64,000 nt of DNA, taken from the NCBI GenBank assembly GCA_965113315.1, contig OZ220367.1; one strand, given 5' to 3'. The first letter of the stretch is position 1, and each line of letters opens with the position of its first letter. Positions 61,359 to 64,000 of the stretch are shown in pieces. The position numbers and the translations under genes are program-made. The notes under the pieces were generated by a model. It was not told where the DNA came from and did no database searches. It was given only the letters and a program-made list of their open reading frames with translations. Origin of the DNA: Podarcis vaucheri. Lineage: Eukaryota.

Positions 61359-62789
61359 TGTTCTTGCATGTTGGGCAGCATATGGCATAGACACAGTCAA
61401 TAGGTGCCTCAAGTTAGTCCAATTCTGGTGTCTAATCCAGTTATCCAAACCTGTTGACTAAAAATATTTGGGAGTCACATCCCTGACCGAACCTCACACT
61501 TTTCCACATTGCCAACAGACCCAACACACACTAAAGTACTTTCTGAAGTATGAAAATAGGTAATCATTGAACACCCTGCAATGGTATTTGTCCTTAAGCA
61601 GTTTGACAAATGGTAGAAGAATCCCCAAAGAATATGGTATTGTTGTGGTATTATGCATTAGGTAGTTGCAAACTAGGAGGTGACTCTTAAACCCATGAGG
61701 CTCCTGCCTGTGTGCATTTGTGTATTTAAAAAAAATAAAATAAAATCTAACAAAGTCTAACATTTTAGACAGAAGACAGCAGGCTAATCATAACCACAAC
61801 AAACTTCTCCATCAATACACTGAACCTCAACTGTCATCAAACTAGCCTCTCAAGAGTCCTTCCTCACTTTCATTTCTTTTTCCTGCACTCTTTTCTTCAC
61901 TCTGCTTGTCTCATCTCTCAAATGCCACTGGCAGATCTACTCTAAAGTAGGCTTAAGTTAGTAGGAGAGCCATGACCAGTCTGGCTGCTTTTGGCTTAGT
62001 TTATCTGATGTCACAAGATAACAGCATGCTTTACCATGTGTTTTCTAGTGCTTAGGAAGTACTTGGAGACCACAAAAGCTGAACTCCAAAGTCCATTAAC
62101 CTAGGCAACACTGAACCACCTCATCTAAAAGACTATGCCACAATCTTCCTACAATATGTTTTAAGAACAGATTGGCTAGACAGTTTCACAAGCTATCACT
62201 GAAAGCTATACAGCATTGACAGGAAGGGAGAGGGCTAGGGACACACAATGTGTGGAAGGTCTCATGCCCCGTTTGTCTTGATGTTGCAGCTGTCTGCAGA
62301 CCTCTTTGATGATCACCTTCTCCCATATGAGGTTTTAAAACTGTGTTCAAACAAACCTTGGAAGCTTAATGAGAAGAACTACAATAGCAGGCAAGCTTTC
62401 CTAAAAAGGAGACACTGCCCACCATAACCAATTTATTCCTGCCATGTGCAACCACAGGGTATTCTGTGAGACTGTGCATATTGTATAACATCACATCAAT
62501 TCTGATAGGGAAATAAGGCCAAAATACTATGGCCTGTGTCCCATGTGAAATGAGTGTGCACTAATGAACATTCCCCACAATAATTTGCGGTGGGTAAGTG
62601 TCCACCGAAGACAAGTAAAAATGGACTGTGTTCCCTGAAGGCAAAAAGTTTGAAAACCATTGCTCCATGTGTTCCCTCCATTCTCAACAAGATCTGCAGG
62701 TACAGTCTTGCTGAGTGTTGTCCCCTTATGAAGAGGTCAATTGTCAGGGCAACATGCAGTATGTCTTCAAAACCAGAACTACTCTCTTC

Positions 62790-63030
62790 CCCATCCAGAG
62801 AGAAAAGCTGGACATACATGCTCCATAGTTTGGAGAGGCTGCCTAATTCTGACAGCCTTTGGAGGTCAACCAACTGGTATTGCGTCCGATGGTTTTATTG
62901 CCTTACAGTTTTATGATGTTTTTACTTGTGGTGTTATTGTGGTTTTATGGTTATTGGTTTATTGCAAACTGCTGTGGACATCCCTCTGGGTCGTAAAGGC
63001 GGTCTAAGAAGTTTCAGATAACATAAATCC
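62790..63030 (+). mobile_element. Decayed L2-like 3' end
   Basis: T-rich UTR, then gtaaaggcggtctaagaagt..ataaacataaa. Confidence 0.5.
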
Positions 63031-63092
63031 CATGTTACTTCATGCACATTTGTGAAATGCTCCCTGTATTCTTTCAGTTGCTCAGATGCAGC

Positions 63093-63152
63093 CATAGGAT
63101 TGTGGAACTTGAAGGAACTTTAAGACCTCCCAGACAAACAGCCTGCAAGGCC
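63093..63152 (-). mobile_element. Decayed CR1-type tail
   Basis: cataggattgtggaacttgaaggaac.. resembles the reverse complement of the CR1 3' end. Confidence 0.4.
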
Positions 63153-63743
63153 CTCCCTTCACCATCAATTTATGCAAGCAAAAATTTTGTGCACCACAAG
63201 TAATGAAAAGGGAGAAGTAATTAACTATAATTAACTGCTGTTACCCCTAGAGATGAGAACTTAAGACTCAACTCTGCAGAGAGAGTCTATGGCTAAAGTT
63301 GAGCAGTGCAAGTCTTGTAAACTATATGGATAGGAGAGCTTCTGAGTATTACATGGAGCCTGTTTTGAATACTTTGAAGGAAGAGCTAGGTATAAACCTA
63401 ATGAAAAAGATAAAACAATGATTTTTTTGTTTGATTTCCTCAAAGAGCCCTCCACTCCATGCTCCATGGCAAACCACTTTGCACATGCATATACACACAT
63501 ACACACATACACACAGAGACGAAAGAGAGATTAAAGAAAGAAGTTTACAATTATATATAACATCTGAGGAAGTAACTAATCAGTATGATCCATCTGTACA
63601 ATTTATTCATAAAAATCAATCTCCAATCAGAAAGTTAACAAACAGAGCACCCTTCACAAGGCTGAACGAGACCTGAAACAAACTATGCTATCATAAATAA
63701 CCCACAGTATTCATATTACCATAAGCACACCTAATATCCAGTA

Positions 63744-64000
63744 CAGTGGTGCCTCGCAAGACGAAATTAATCCGTTCCGCGAGTCTCTTCGTCTAGCAGT
63801 TTTTTCGTCTTGCGAAGCAACCCTATTAGCGGCTTAGCGGCTTAGCGCTATTAGCGGTTTAGCGGCTATTAAAGGCTTAGCGGCTATTAAAGGCTTAGCG
63901 GATTAGCGGCTAAAAGGCTATTAGCGGCTTAGCGGCTTAGAAAAAGGGGGAGAAAGCGGGAAAAAATCGGAACACTCGCAAGACGTTTTCGTCTTGCAAA
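63744..64000. mobile_element. Tc1/mariner MITE (GCAAGACGAA subfamily), runs off the window end
   Basis: TA|CAGTGGTGCCTCGCAAGACGAAATTAAT matches the right TIR of 17717-17946; internal (TTAGCGGC)n array at 63826-63940. Confidence 0.9.

Noticed and set aside
25-63676. ORF-track entries as host protein-coding genes
   Set aside because: All are short (up to 161 aa), many are low-complexity or span Ns, and none resembles a host protein family; only TE-derived fragments are interpretable.
63826-63940. Interstitial telomere
   Set aside because: The unit is TTAGCGGC, not TTAGGG, and it lies inside a MITE.

Overview
Non-coding vertebrate genomic DNA, almost certainly a squamate and probably a lacertid lizard, judging from the Sauria/Squam-type SINEs and the L2, CR1, RTE, Penelope, Tc1/mariner and hAT repeats. 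I find no credible host protein-coding exon; the ORF track is noise apart from decayed L1 ORF1, L2 ORF2 and CR1 ORF2 fragments. The window reads like the interior of a very long gene, probably transcribed on the minus strand. The evidence is one well-formed 49-nt candidate exon (27519-27567), several weaker micro-exon candidates, and many repeat-free, homeodomain/TALE/TCF-motif-rich blocks that look like conserved non-coding elements. Seven short irregular N-runs (132-321 nt) sit inside unique sequence and may be hard-masked ultraconserved elements or exons rather than true gaps. I found no convincing novel biological system. The best leads are the masked blocks, the candidate exons, a 24-bp hairpin and a young CpG-rich LTR/Ngaro-like repeat. 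Repeat family names are from recalled consensus motifs, not database searches.
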